A model generated the notes under the pieces. The model ran no database searches, had not been told where the DNA came from, and worked only from the letters and a program-made list of their open reading frames with translations. Source: a virus. Taken from it: a stretch of 64,000 bases of DNA. Made by a program: the position numbers and the translations under genes. Shown here one piece after another: positions 1 to 9,001 of this stretch (positions within the stretch are counted from its first letter, which is position 1; every line of letters starts with the position of its first letter). The stretch lies in IMG/VR virus record IMGVR_UViG_3300022752_000021; one strand, written 5' to 3'.

Positions 1-1
1 T

Positions 2-1309
2 GAGAAGAGGAAGGCAGCAGATGTCCACAAGGCATATGGTTCAAAAACCTATTCATCCGACAAGGTGGTGAAGAGAAAGAATCTTGGGCAGATTCATCCA
101 GGATATGATTTGCATCAACATTCTGTCGAGATAAACACAGGTCGTGGCGACCAAAGGGCAGTCAAGCACAAGTTCACAATCGTGCATAGGGCAAGCGGAG
201 ATGTCGCTGGTGAAATGCACGCTTGGGGCGGAAAGTTGCACCCGACAAAAGGAATTGTATATGGAACCAAGGGTAAAGGTCTGAAAGTATCGCACCTTGA
301 AGTTCATCCAGATCACCGCGAAAAGAAGATAGGCACATCATTGCCAGTAGAGATGTATCGTCATCTTCATCGCCGTGGTCATGCCATTCAGTCCGATGCC
401 ATACAAAGCCATGGTGCTGCTAATGTGTGGAACACCATGCGTCATGATCGTGAACTAAAGAAGCATATGATGATTCATGACAGCGGTGGTGAGAAGAATA
501 GTAGGGGAAATGCATTTGAACCTCGCGCACACAAAAGACCAGAAAGCCATATCTGGTATCAACACAGCAGATCGTGGAGTCGCGGTGGCGAAAAAGTCGA
601 GGGATCGGGTGGTGATGAACCAGAAACCGTCAAGACACTCATTCTCTCTGGCAAGAAGCGCAAGAAGAAGACCGTCAAGGAAGACATTGAAATGGCAGAT
701 GTGTCACAGAAACCAACAACTAGCAAACATGCTCTTCGTTGGAAAACGAGAGCAGACCTACCAAAGTCAAAAGCATCAAGGTTGACAAAGGGATACACAA
801 TACACACTTTTCATGGACCACACGATTCACCAAAGAATCCCGTAACACAATACCACACCATAGTTCATGATGCATCAGGAGATGTTGTTGGTGAACTTGA
901 GACTGCTAGACGTGAACGTGGTGGTAATATGGAACATGCCGTGACTAGCACAAGAATACATGCCGATCACACACAAAAGAAGATTGGAAAGTCTCTTGCT
1001 TTAGCAGCATACAAGCATCTCGCAAAGACAAGAATTTTGTCAAGTTCAATATTGCAGAGTCCTGGTGGAGCCTCTGTGTGGAATAGATTGAGAAAAGATC
1101 CAAAACTAAAGGGTAGAGTGTTTCACCATAGCACAAGTGGAGTAGTACCCGCACATGATATTCCAGATAAAATGATCTGGGCGCATGAGACAAAAGTCAC
1201 AAAGAGCAAGGGAACCCCCGAATCTCTTCCCCCATCCAAACGCCATGCATCCGAGCATAGCAAGGTTCTTGGTTCACGCCTCACAATTCGACCTTTGCAG
1301 AAATCATAA
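2..1309 (+). CDS. Basic, His-rich protein with two GNAT-like acetyltransferase domains; 5'-truncated, probable head-packaged protein
   Basis: Frame is open from position 2. Two motif-A-like segments (VSHLEVHPDHREKKIGTSL; VTSTRIHADHTQKKIGKSL), each followed by QSxGxAxVWNxx. Confidence 0.55.
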   Translation, partial: EKRKAADVHKAYGSKTYSSDKVVKRKNLGQIHPGYDLHQHSVEINTGRGDQRAVKHKFTIVHRASGDVAGEMHAWGGKLHPTKGIVYGTKGKGLKVSHLEVHPDHREKKIGTSLPVEMYRHLHRRGHAIQSDAIQSHGAANVWNTMRHDRELKKHMMIHDSGGEKNSRGNAFEPRAHKRPESHIWYQHSRSWSRGGEKVEGSGGDEPETVKTLILSGKKRKKKTVKEDIEMADVSQKPTTSKHALRWKTRADLPKSKASRLTKGYTIHTFHGPHDSPKNPVTQYHTIVHDASGDVVGELETARRERGGNMEHAVTSTRIHADHTQKKIGKSLALAAYKHLAKTRILSSSILQSPGGASVWNRLRKDPKLKGRVFHHSTSGVVPAHDIPDKMIWAHETKVTKSKGTPESLPPSKRHASEHSKVLGSRLTIRPLQKS

Positions 1310-1312
1310 ATA
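1305..1312 (+). promoter_or_regulatory. T4-like late promoter (CATAAATA)
   Basis: One mismatch to TATAAATA, 30 nt upstream of the ATG at 1342. Confidence 0.55.
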
Positions 1313-1341
1313 ATAGAAGCGTTCTAAAATAGGAAACAAAT

Positions 1342-2367
1342 ATGAACTCACCAAATCTGCAACAGAGAATCTATCTTGCGAAGGCACTCAACGAGAACAC
1401 CGATACACTTTTCGATCATCCTGAGATGAACGAAGCAGTGACTCGCAAGCACTTTCAACAAGTCGCTGACCTCATCAAGGCACACCCAGATGCAAAGAAG
1501 AGGGCAGAACTAGCCGCTCACCATGCTGAAATCTTCAAGAAGCAGAATCCAAGATTCGATCATGAACGATTCTTCAAGGCAGCAAATGCCGAGAAGCCGA
1601 TGAATGAAGAAGAAATGGGTGAAGAGTCCATCACCGAAGGTGCAAAGCGCAAGGCTCGACTCCTTCGTGCGATGACGAGTGGAAAAAATTTCGGCAATCT
1701 AGAAATTGCTAAGAAACGAGAAACTGCTTATGATTCAGAGTTGGGTCGTAGAGTTGCTCGCAAACTCCGCAAGGGTGGCGCACCAAAGAGAACCATAGCA
1801 AAGTTCTTCAACAAAGACACGAAGACATCTCCTGCGGTTGACAAGGCAATTGCCAAGTTCAATGAAAAGGAACTTGCAATACAACAAAAACTACGCGCAA
1901 TGGGCAAGAATATTTCTGAAGGTATGGATCTTGATGAGGGTTCCTATGTCCACTCAAAGGGTCAACTCAAGAAGTCAATCAAGGGATCGAAGCGTGAAAT
2001 CGTTAAAGCAATGAAGAAGGGCAACAAGAAGGAAGCCTCATTCTGGATGCAGAACAAGAAGGATGCAGAGGAGCAACTCAATGAAGGTTCCCTTGGTCAG
2101 AAGCGTGTTAAGCGTGTTTTCAAATCTAAGCGCGACGATAGGAAATTTCGAAACTCTGCCATGGCAAAGGTTCTGAATTTGACTACAAGAAAAGTCTTGC
2201 GTGCTGGTGCTGATCCGCGAGACGTTGCTACACGAATGAAGGATTCATCGGCTAATCTACGCACTTTGAATGCTCTTCAGCGATTCAATGACCTAGCAAG
2301 AATTAAGAAGTCACAGGGACTTGTGAGAACTATTTCTGCCAAAAGAGCGAAGTCTGCACAAAAGTAA
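1342..2367 (+). CDS. Basic putative internal head protein with multiple prohead-protease-type sites
   Basis: LNE, MNE, ITEG, ISEG, LDEG and LNEG motifs separate K/R-rich blocks; TRKHF...NPRFDHERF small phage domain. Confidence 0.55.
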   Translation: MNSPNLQQRIYLAKALNENTDTLFDHPEMNEAVTRKHFQQVADLIKAHPDAKKRAELAAHHAEIFKKQNPRFDHERFFKAANAEKPMNEEEMGEESITEGAKRKARLLRAMTSGKNFGNLEIAKKRETAYDSELGRRVARKLRKGGAPKRTIAKFFNKDTKTSPAVDKAIAKFNEKELAIQQKLRAMGKNISEGMDLDEGSYVHSKGQLKKSIKGSKREIVKAMKKGNKKEASFWMQNKKDAEEQLNEGSLGQKRVKRVFKSKRDDRKFRNSAMAKVLNLTTRKVLRAGADPRDVATRMKDSSANLRTLNALQRFNDLARIKKSQGLVRTISAKRAKSAQK

Positions 2368-2379
2368 GAAATAACCAAC

Positions 2380-3069
2380 ATGAACAATCAATTCCTACAA
2401 CATCTCAACTCCATCACTCCACAAGGTAGAGCAAAAGACACCAAGATCTTTATTCCTGCTGAAGAAATTCAAGAAGGATCGCGTGGTACGGCTAGACATG
2501 AACGCCGTATCAAGTCACTAGAGCGCAAGAAGAAAGCCCTTTATGGTTACTTGGAAAATAGACCAAGAGGAATACGGATGAGTCCAGAACAAGAAAAAGA
2601 AGGCGAAAGAGTACGGTCACAACCTGGCTACGAAGCAAAGAAAGAAAAATATCGCAAGTTGTCTAAAGGTTTGTTTTCAGCAGACTATGCACAGATCGCT
2701 CGCGAACGCCGTCGTGCGGGACTTCACCCAGAACCACCTACCCGAACTCTGAAGACTACTATAGACAGAACAGGTTCATCCCGCATAACATCACAACCAA
2801 CATTCAAGCCAGACGTAGACTCTGGTTATGTTGCACCCCGCGTACCAAAGAAGGTTCTCAAGTACCGTGAAACAAGCAAATTCAAGGGACAAGTGGGAAG
2901 AGCCGCAAAAAAGATGAACGAAGAAGTTAAGAAGAAGTCTGCGAAGAAGGTGGTTCGCAAATTGAAGAAGACTGGTCGTTCGATCAAAAGAGCAATAAAG
3001 GGTCTATCAAACATTCTTTCCACACCACAAGATAACGTCGATTACATGATGACAGGTAGAAAGTTCTAA
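2380..3069 (+). CDS. Basic putative internal head protein
   Basis: IQEG and MNEE motifs followed by K/R-rich segments; same operon. Confidence 0.5.
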   Translation: MNNQFLQHLNSITPQGRAKDTKIFIPAEEIQEGSRGTARHERRIKSLERKKKALYGYLENRPRGIRMSPEQEKEGERVRSQPGYEAKKEKYRKLSKGLFSADYAQIARERRRAGLHPEPPTRTLKTTIDRTGSSRITSQPTFKPDVDSGYVAPRVPKKVLKYRETSKFKGQVGRAAKKMNEEVKKKSAKKVVRKLKKTGRSIKRAIKGLSNILSTPQDNVDYMMTGRKF

Positions 3070-3084
3070 AAAGGAAAATCAAAA

Positions 3085-4230
3085 ATGCGTACAAGAGATA
3101 TCAAGGCACTCACCGAAACAATCGCATCTGTAGTCGATCCCGTCGATGCTGATCGTGCAAAGGCTCTCCAAGAGGGCTACCTCAACTCACTCACAGAGAA
3201 GGCTCGTCAGGTTATATCTGAGGCAGTTGAAACGAAGAATGAAGATGAAGTAGAAGCCATAATGAAGCGTCTTGCTGCCAAGGCACTCAAGAAAGCAAAG
3301 AAGAAGGCAAGAAGATCATCTGGTGATGCTGCCTATGCTGGCATTAATCCTTCGGCAGCAAAAACTGATCCCGATATGAAGAACCCAGGCAGAGTTGCAG
3401 AAGAACTCATTAATGAAGTCGCAGCACCTGGCATGGAAGATTGGGCATCCGATCCCAAGGTCAAGGCATCCTTCAAGAAGCAATACGGCAAGAGGTGGAA
3501 GGAAGTCATGTACGGTCGCTCATGGAACCTTGCCAAGAAGGAAAAGGAATTGGGCGTTAATGAGGAAGCCGAACTCGACCTCGCAGAGGGAGTCAGTGCA
3601 AAGCGTATGCGAATCATTCGCAAGCATCATGTGTCGGGGAAGCCCATCAAAGGCGAAGTCGCAGACTTCATGCAGCGTTCCTTCAAGAAGAAGTTCTACA
3701 AGGACAAGGAAAAGTTCGGTGGAGCAACATCAGCAGTTCTTGGAAGAGCAAGGCTCAAGCACTCTGCTATGAAGGCAAAGGGTCTTGCTGAAGCCGAGCA
3801 GTTGGATGAGGCTGGTTACAAGAAGTTGATGCGTCTCAAGAAGAAGGCATACAACACAAGAAATCCAAAACTCGTAAGAGCAGCAGCAGAACAAGAAGCC
3901 AAGGTTGCCGCAAACATGGCTAGACGTGGTGGAGCATCTGCTGAGGCAGTCAAGGCTGGTGGAAGTCGCATTGGCAAGAGTGGCAAGTACACTCAGAAGG
4001 CAGGACAACTTGCCAATCAGCGCGACCGTGCATTTAGAAAGTTCCGTGGTAGAGCCGCAGGAGCAGAAGTATTCAATGCACCTGGTCCTGAAAAGAGAAA
4101 GCGTCAACAGGCTCAGGCTGAATTCAGCAACCGCGCTCGTAGCGGTGACTTCGGACAGAACAACCAAGAGGGTATGCGTCCTCGCTATAACTATCTCAAG
4201 AGAACTGGTAAACTCAAGACATACAAGTAA
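3085..4230 (+). CDS. Basic putative internal head/scaffold-like protein
   Basis: LTE, LQEG, ISEA, INEV, LAEG and LDEA motifs; FKKQYGKRWKEVMY motif; AAGGA SD. Confidence 0.55.
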   Translation: MRTRDIKALTETIASVVDPVDADRAKALQEGYLNSLTEKARQVISEAVETKNEDEVEAIMKRLAAKALKKAKKKARRSSGDAAYAGINPSAAKTDPDMKNPGRVAEELINEVAAPGMEDWASDPKVKASFKKQYGKRWKEVMYGRSWNLAKKEKELGVNEEAELDLAEGVSAKRMRIIRKHHVSGKPIKGEVADFMQRSFKKKFYKDKEKFGGATSAVLGRARLKHSAMKAKGLAEAEQLDEAGYKKLMRLKKKAYNTRNPKLVRAAAEQEAKVAANMARRGGASAEAVKAGGSRIGKSGKYTQKAGQLANQRDRAFRKFRGRAAGAEVFNAPGPEKRKRQQAQAEFSNRARSGDFGQNNQEGMRPRYNYLKRTGKLKTYK

Positions 4231-4244
4231 AAGGAGACTATATC

Positions 4245-4379
4245 ATGGCAAAAGTGAAGACACCAGCAAGACCAAGAATCCGTGACCTCAAGCATCAGTT
4301 GTTTATCAAGACACTGAACCGAAAGAAGAACCTTGAGGGTTGCACTTTAAGAAATGCTAAATATTCAAACAAGTGTTGA
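4245..4379 (+). CDS. Small basic protein, 44 aa (MAKVKTPARPRIRDLKH...), not in the ORF track
   Basis: AAGGAG SD at 4231-4236, ATG at 4245, TGA at 4377-4379. Confidence 0.6.
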   Translation: MAKVKTPARPRIRDLKHQLFIKTLNRKKNLEGCTLRNAKYSNKC

Positions 4380-4436
4380 TATTCTAGAACCTATCAGCAC
4401 AATCACATAGTTTCGAAACTACGAAAGGTAAGAACA

Positions 4437-4946
4437 ATGGCAATCAATCGCAAGGGATACACATCACTCATCGAATCTGTTCAAGAAGCAGTTTCACAAC
4501 CAGTAACCGAAGCAACTCGCTCCAAGGCTATGAAGACCTATCGCATGAACAAGGCTGCAAGGGCTGCTGGAAAAGCAGTTCCATCACTAAGGGAAGCACG
4601 ATGGGCAAGTGGTGAAGCACTCTCACACCAATTAAATAATATGCAGAATAATGCTCCAACACCAACCGCTTCAGACTCAGGAAAGGGCAAAGTTCGTAGT
4701 CGCAAGAATCCACTAGCAAGAACTTCTAGTGGAACTAGTTCAAGCACTAATGCTTCTTCAAGCCCAAAAGGTCCAGCAGCATCAAGTGCATCTTCAGTCG
4801 TTTCTGAAGATTGGGACATCCTTGACGAGATTCTTGCAGAGGGAATGGAACTCTATGGTGAAGACGGTCTTGCAGAGATCCTTGCTGATTTCGCGGAGAC
4901 TGGCGAGATCTCAGACGAACTCGCACTTCTTCTCAGCGACGAATAA
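4437..4946 (+). CDS. Putative internal head protein with acidic C-terminus
   Basis: VQEA, VTEA, LREA and VSED motifs; last gene before the terminator. Confidence 0.5.
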   Translation: MAINRKGYTSLIESVQEAVSQPVTEATRSKAMKTYRMNKAARAAGKAVPSLREARWASGEALSHQLNNMQNNAPTPTASDSGKGKVRSRKNPLARTSSGTSSSTNASSSPKGPAASSASSVVSEDWDILDEILAEGMELYGEDGLAEILADFAETGEISDELALLLSDE

Positions 4947-4970
4947 ACCTTAGGCTACAAGGTGGTATGC

Positions 4971-5005
4971 AAACAAGGGAGAGGGAAACCTCTCTCTTGT
5001 TTTTT
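4971..5005. terminator. Bidirectional intrinsic terminator
   Basis: AAACAAGGGAGAGG-GAAA-CCTCTCTCTTGTTTTTT between convergent genes. Confidence 0.8.
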
Positions 5006-5570
5006 AAGCGGATTCAGCCTTCGCTTTATTGGCTTCATACCAAGCCTTGCTGGAAGTCTTCATCTTGTCCTTGTTGACTTGGTAATAATCCTTGTGATAA
5101 TCCTTCCTCTTGTCTCTATTTCTTTCATACCAAATCTTGTTCACAGCCTTCCTCTTGACCTTATTGACTTCGTAATATTTCTTGTGATAATCCTTGTTCT
5201 TGTCCTTGTTGGCTTCGCGGTAAGCCTTCCAATAAACCTTCCGTCGTTCTTTCCGTTCCTTCTCAGTCAATCCCTTCGAACTCCCATCTCCACCCATGGT
5301 CACATTGTATTCACCCAGACTACAATGTGTCCTATACAACCAAATGTAATGGTGTTCCATATAGTTCAATGTATGTTCACCATCCTCAGACTCATATAAA
5401 GTCTCTATGGTAAATGAGTCAACACCATACTTTTTTATGGCATGGTGTAATGGGTATTTTGGTTTTTTAAAGTTCTTTAGGTGTTCTTTCCAGCGTTCTT
5501 TGACAGACTTACTGGTATACCCAACATAAACTGGTTTAGAGTCCTTGCGGACAAGATAAATAGTATGCAT
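5004..5570 (-). CDS. GIY-YIG homing-endonuclease-like protein with C-terminal YYExNKxK repeats
   Basis: TIY...YVGYT..SV..RW.EH, LNYMEHHYI, YNVTMGGDG; paralog of 11770..12327. Confidence 0.85.
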   Translation of the reverse strand: MHTIYLVRKDSKPVYVGYTSKSVKERWKEHLKNFKKPKYPLHHAIKKYGVDSFTIETLYESEDGEHTLNYMEHHYIWLYRTHCSLGEYNVTMGGDGSSKGLTEKERKERRKVYWKAYREANKDKNKDYHKKYYEVNKVKRKAVNKIWYERNRDKRKDYHKDYYQVNKDKMKTSSKAWYEANKAKAESA

Positions 5571-5588
5571 TCGATCCTCCTAAGATCA

Positions 5589-5628
5589 GTGCCATGCCCC
5601 TGGATGCTCCAACATCGCAGGGGGTTTC
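5589..5628 (-). promoter_or_regulatory. Conserved hairpin element upstream of GIY-YIG gene (copy 1)
   Basis: CCCCTG-C-GATGT-TGGA-GCATC-CAGGGG-CATGGCAC; matches 11711..11751 with a compensatory change. Confidence 0.7.
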
Positions 5629-5705
5629 TTTTCTACATATTATGTATTGATTATGACTATTTGGAACAAACCTTTTATTTCATAAATGCTCATTGGAGGT
5701 TTATT

Positions 5706-6275
5706 ATGGGGAACTCTTCAAACTCCCTGTACACTAGCATCACTCGCGTTCTTATGGAGAGCAATGACCCTGATTTATCAGGGAAATATACATTGTTTAC
5801 TCTTTATGCAGACAACACTTCTGTATTGCACATTTTTGAGGATAGGGAAACCTTTGAAGCCATGAAATACAAGTTTACATCAAACGACGGCATCAAGCGT
5901 CTTGGCGCATCAAAACTACCAGAGAACACAACTTTCAAGAAACTCTCAGAATCAATAGAGCGCAAGTTCAATGTGCCAAAGGAAACAATCTCAGTCCGCA
6001 CACATGAACCCGCAAGACGAGAAGAGCCACAGCCTAGACAGGTTGTGAATGAAATGCCGACCGCTCCAAAGCCACAACAGAAGAAGCCCAAGAGTGGATC
6101 GGTTCTAGAGGGCGTTCTGAACGGCAGAGAAAGATTCAGAAACCAACCGATGCAAGGGATGCCAATGGCACAGCCAGAGAGGACAGAGCCTACAATCAAC
6201 TCTTTCCGCCCTGCAACGAATCAAAAGATTGACCTATCAAAACTCAACAATGGCGATAGACCATTGCTAGGATGA
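5706..6275 (+). CDS. Hypothetical protein
   Basis: GGAGG SD before the ATG at 5706; the longer ORF-track start overlaps the GIY-YIG gene. Confidence 0.6.
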   Translation: MGNSSNSLYTSITRVLMESNDPDLSGKYTLFTLYADNTSVLHIFEDRETFEAMKYKFTSNDGIKRLGASKLPENTTFKKLSESIERKFNVPKETISVRTHEPARREEPQPRQVVNEMPTAPKPQQKKPKSGSVLEGVLNGRERFRNQPMQGMPMAQPERTEPTINSFRPATNQKIDLSKLNNGDRPLLG

Positions 6276-6279
6276 CCAC

Positions 6280-6744
6280 ATGGCAGAAAAGAAAGAACCA
6301 AAATCATCAAACGAAAAAACATACCTTGTTCGGTATAGACTTCCTGGTGAAAAAGGAAGAAATCCGCGCAAGGTTGTGATTCAAGCACTGAATCAGTCTG
6401 ATGCAAAGAAGACTGCCATTGCAACCATACCAAGCGCAGAGATCGTCGGTGGTCCAAAAGAACTTGATGAAAATGTTCTTGATTTTGCCAAACGTGTGGG
6501 ACAGTTTGCTGCAAGATGTGCGGGAAAAGTTTGCCATGCTTATGCAAAGACTCCCGTCAATGCCAAGGCAGGAACAGTATCACAGATTCGTAAGCAGATG
6601 ACGCGAGAAATAGCGCGTGGAACTGGTGATAAACTCATCACTGCTGGTGGTGGAGTACCAGAAAGAATCAGGATTCAAATAAAGAATCCAAAGAAGCAAA
6701 AGAGTTCAAGATCACCAAAGAGAAAACTTCGTAAGAAGAAGTGA
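6280..6744 (+). CDS. Hypothetical basic protein
   Basis: Coupled to the upstream gene; LDE motif and K/R-rich tail. Confidence 0.55.
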   Translation: MAEKKEPKSSNEKTYLVRYRLPGEKGRNPRKVVIQALNQSDAKKTAIATIPSAEIVGGPKELDENVLDFAKRVGQFAARCAGKVCHAYAKTPVNAKAGTVSQIRKQMTREIARGTGDKLITAGGGVPERIRIQIKNPKKQKSSRSPKRKLRKKK

Positions 6745-7500
6745 TCAAATAAACGGATTGGAAAAGTTGTTCTCCAATACAGTCACATCTCCCTTTTTTC
6801 CGCTGAGTGGAGCAATGTTGTATGGGGATTTGGAATTCACCGGAATTCTAAACGATAATTCAAATGTGAATTGATATGTTTTGCCACCTGTGCTTTTGGG
6901 TTGAACCCTTACTCTATAGTCAAGAGTTGCCGATGTGCCAAATCTTGGAATTGGTTTCATTCCTGCCTTCTTAAGACGAGCATTGAGTCTATTTGGGTCT
7001 GCTCCACCCAGGAGAAAAAACCCATGAGAACCTATGTTCAAATAATAGGTTTTTTTCTTATTGTAATAGTCTTCCATGTTTGTTGCAGGAATGCTCTTTC
7101 TTATCTCACGGAACTTCTTTCTATCCACATCATAATTTGGCTTTACTGTTGGTCGTTGTGGATTTGTCTTCAATGGCAACAGTTTCCATTGCTTGTTTAT
7201 CTCTCGGAGTGCGCCGACTTCTGTCGCAAGATTTGCAAGGAACATCTTCTCTTCGTCTTCGGGTGAGATATCTCCAAACGACCATTTCTTTTCTGATAAA
7301 TCATACTTCAATGCAAGAGAACCACCAGATGCGGCGGAAATTTTGAGTTCTACATTCACTGCCGTTCCATTGCTTTTTATCACAAGATCTGGAACATCAG
7401 ATTTCGCAGATGCCGGTACAAATGATGCTTCCACAAGTTTCTTCTTTTTAAGAAACTTTACTGCATTGTTTTCATACATGAACCCTTGTTGTGTTGCCAT
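6745..7500 (-). CDS. PD-(D/E)xK restriction-endonuclease-like nuclease
   Basis: N-terminal GFMYE helix, VPDL...VELK catalytic motif; GGAG SD. Confidence 0.6.
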   Translation of the reverse strand: MATQQGFMYENNAVKFLKKKKLVEASFVPASAKSDVPDLVIKSNGTAVNVELKISAASGGSLALKYDLSEKKWSFGDISPEDEEKMFLANLATEVGALREINKQWKLLPLKTNPQRPTVKPNYDVDRKKFREIRKSIPATNMEDYYNKKKTYYLNIGSHGFFLLGGADPNRLNARLKKAGMKPIPRFGTSATLDYRVRVQPKSTGGKTYQFTFELSFRIPVNSKSPYNIAPLSGKKGDVTVLENNFSNPFI

Positions 7501-7563
7501 GTTTTATTCTCCGTTGAAATATCTAGGAATCTAAAGAACATCAAAATAGCCATACATATTCAC

Positions 7564-8139
7564 ATGACCCATACACTTCACAAGATCGCAGGAATCGACT
7601 ATTCTCTCTGTGGTCCTTGCATCTGCGTCTTCGAAGGCGGTGGAAGATTCTCGTTCGATGACTGCTGCTTCTACTTCCTCAGCGATACAAAGAAGTATGC
7701 CAAGGTCTTCATGGGAAACATTCATGGAGAGTTGTTCTCCGAATGGGAAGAGGACATGGAGAGGTATCAGAGCATCGCTGATTGGGCAATAGACATCCTC
7801 AAGGATGTCAAGCAAGTCGCCCTAGAAGGCTATGCGTACTCGGCAACTGGCAAGGTGTTTCATATCGCTGAGAACACTGGTGTGCTGAAGTACAAGTTGT
7901 TTCAAGAAGGTATTCCCGTTACCATCATTCCACCCACAGAAGTAAAGAAGTTTGGTTGTGGTAAGGGCAACGGAGACAAGACTGCTATGCACGAAGCATT
8001 TCTCAAGGAAACTGGCATAGATCTCAAGTCAATCATGACACCCGACAAGAAGGACATTACATCACCAGTATCAGATGTGATAGATGCCTATTACATCTGC
8101 AAGAAGATGCATGGCGAGATTCTTCTCGCCACTATTTGA
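7564..8139 (+). CDS. RuvC-like Holliday junction resolvase
   Basis: IAGIDYS, ALEGYAY, HIAENTG, PTEVKK..GKGN..K and DVIDAY motifs. Confidence 0.8.
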   Translation: MTHTLHKIAGIDYSLCGPCICVFEGGGRFSFDDCCFYFLSDTKKYAKVFMGNIHGELFSEWEEDMERYQSIADWAIDILKDVKQVALEGYAYSATGKVFHIAENTGVLKYKLFQEGIPVTIIPPTEVKKFGCGKGNGDKTAMHEAFLKETGIDLKSIMTPDKKDITSPVSDVIDAYYICKKMHGEILLATI

Positions 8140-9001
8140 CCAACTTTGATCGAATCTCCTTGACGATTCTCTGTGTAGATTGCTTCTGCACTTTTGTTGC
8201 AAGACCACCATCACCAAAGATCTTGACCTTTGCCTCTTCGGGAATCTCAGTCTTGATGTCCTCAAGCAACTTGACATTGTCTGCTACTGCCTCTTCCGTC
8301 TTCTTGTTCTTGAAGATAAAGTATCCTACTGAAATCGCAGACGCGAGGAATCCGATTATGAATACAACAAGACCAACCGTGGCAATCTCCTGATAGTAGT
8401 ATTGGTTTGCTGCTGCAAGACCAACTGAAACAAATCCCGCACACAGAATAATTCCACCAATGACCTTGTGGAAATATGCCACGATCATTCCAGCGACAAT
8501 CATTGCAAATCCAACCATCCAAAAGATTCTCACGATCTTCTGAATCTCGGCAGTGGATGCTGCAACAAGATCATCGTACTTCTTTTTCCAATCGCTGTTG
8601 GTGTTCTCAAGTTTCTCAATCTGCTCAAGAAGAGGTTGAACATTCTCCGCAGAAAGATCCTTCTGCACCATGTCAACTTCCTTTTGTATTGAGATGGCAG
8701 CATTCTCTACCTTGTTGCTCTCAACTACAATCTTGTTTGCCTCTTCAGCAACAACAGGATCTTCAGTCTTGTCTTTTATGACAGTAGCAGATTGCGTGAT
8801 TGCAATAGATGAATTCTGAATCTCTTCTGCGTTTGCTTTTACAACCGCATTTGATTCTGTTACTTTCTTGACATCATCGTATACAACTGTTGCTACAGGA
8901 GTTTCTGGTTTTATGATAGATGGTGTTGATGTGCATTTTGCACCAATCATCATGATTCCCATTGAAAGGATTGCCGCAACTCTAGTCACAATACTATTCA
9001 T
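8132..9001 (-). CDS. Membrane protein: signal/lipobox-like N-terminus, coiled coil, three TM helices
   Basis: Hydrophobic N-terminus ending GAKC, heptad-rich middle, three hydrophobic segments. Confidence 0.6.
   Translation of the reverse strand: MNSIVTRVAAILSMGIMMIGAKCTSTPSIIKPETPVATVVYDDVKKVTESNAVVKANAEEIQNSSIAITQSATVIKDKTEDPVVAEEANKIVVESNKVENAAISIQKEVDMVQKDLSAENVQPLLEQIEKLENTNSDWKKKYDDLVAASTAEIQKIVRIFWMVGFAMIVAGMIVAYFHKVIGGIILCAGFVSVGLAAANQYYYQEIATVGLVVFIIGFLASAISVGYFIFKNKKTEEAVADNVKLLEDIKTEIPEEAKVKIFGDGGLATKVQKQSTQRIVKEIRSKLVK

Noticed and set aside
5481-5705. N-terminal extensions of ORFs 5481..6275 and 11151..11777 with a shared HRRGFL peptide
   Set aside because: The similarity comes from reading the conserved hairpin antisense; the true starts have SDs downstream.
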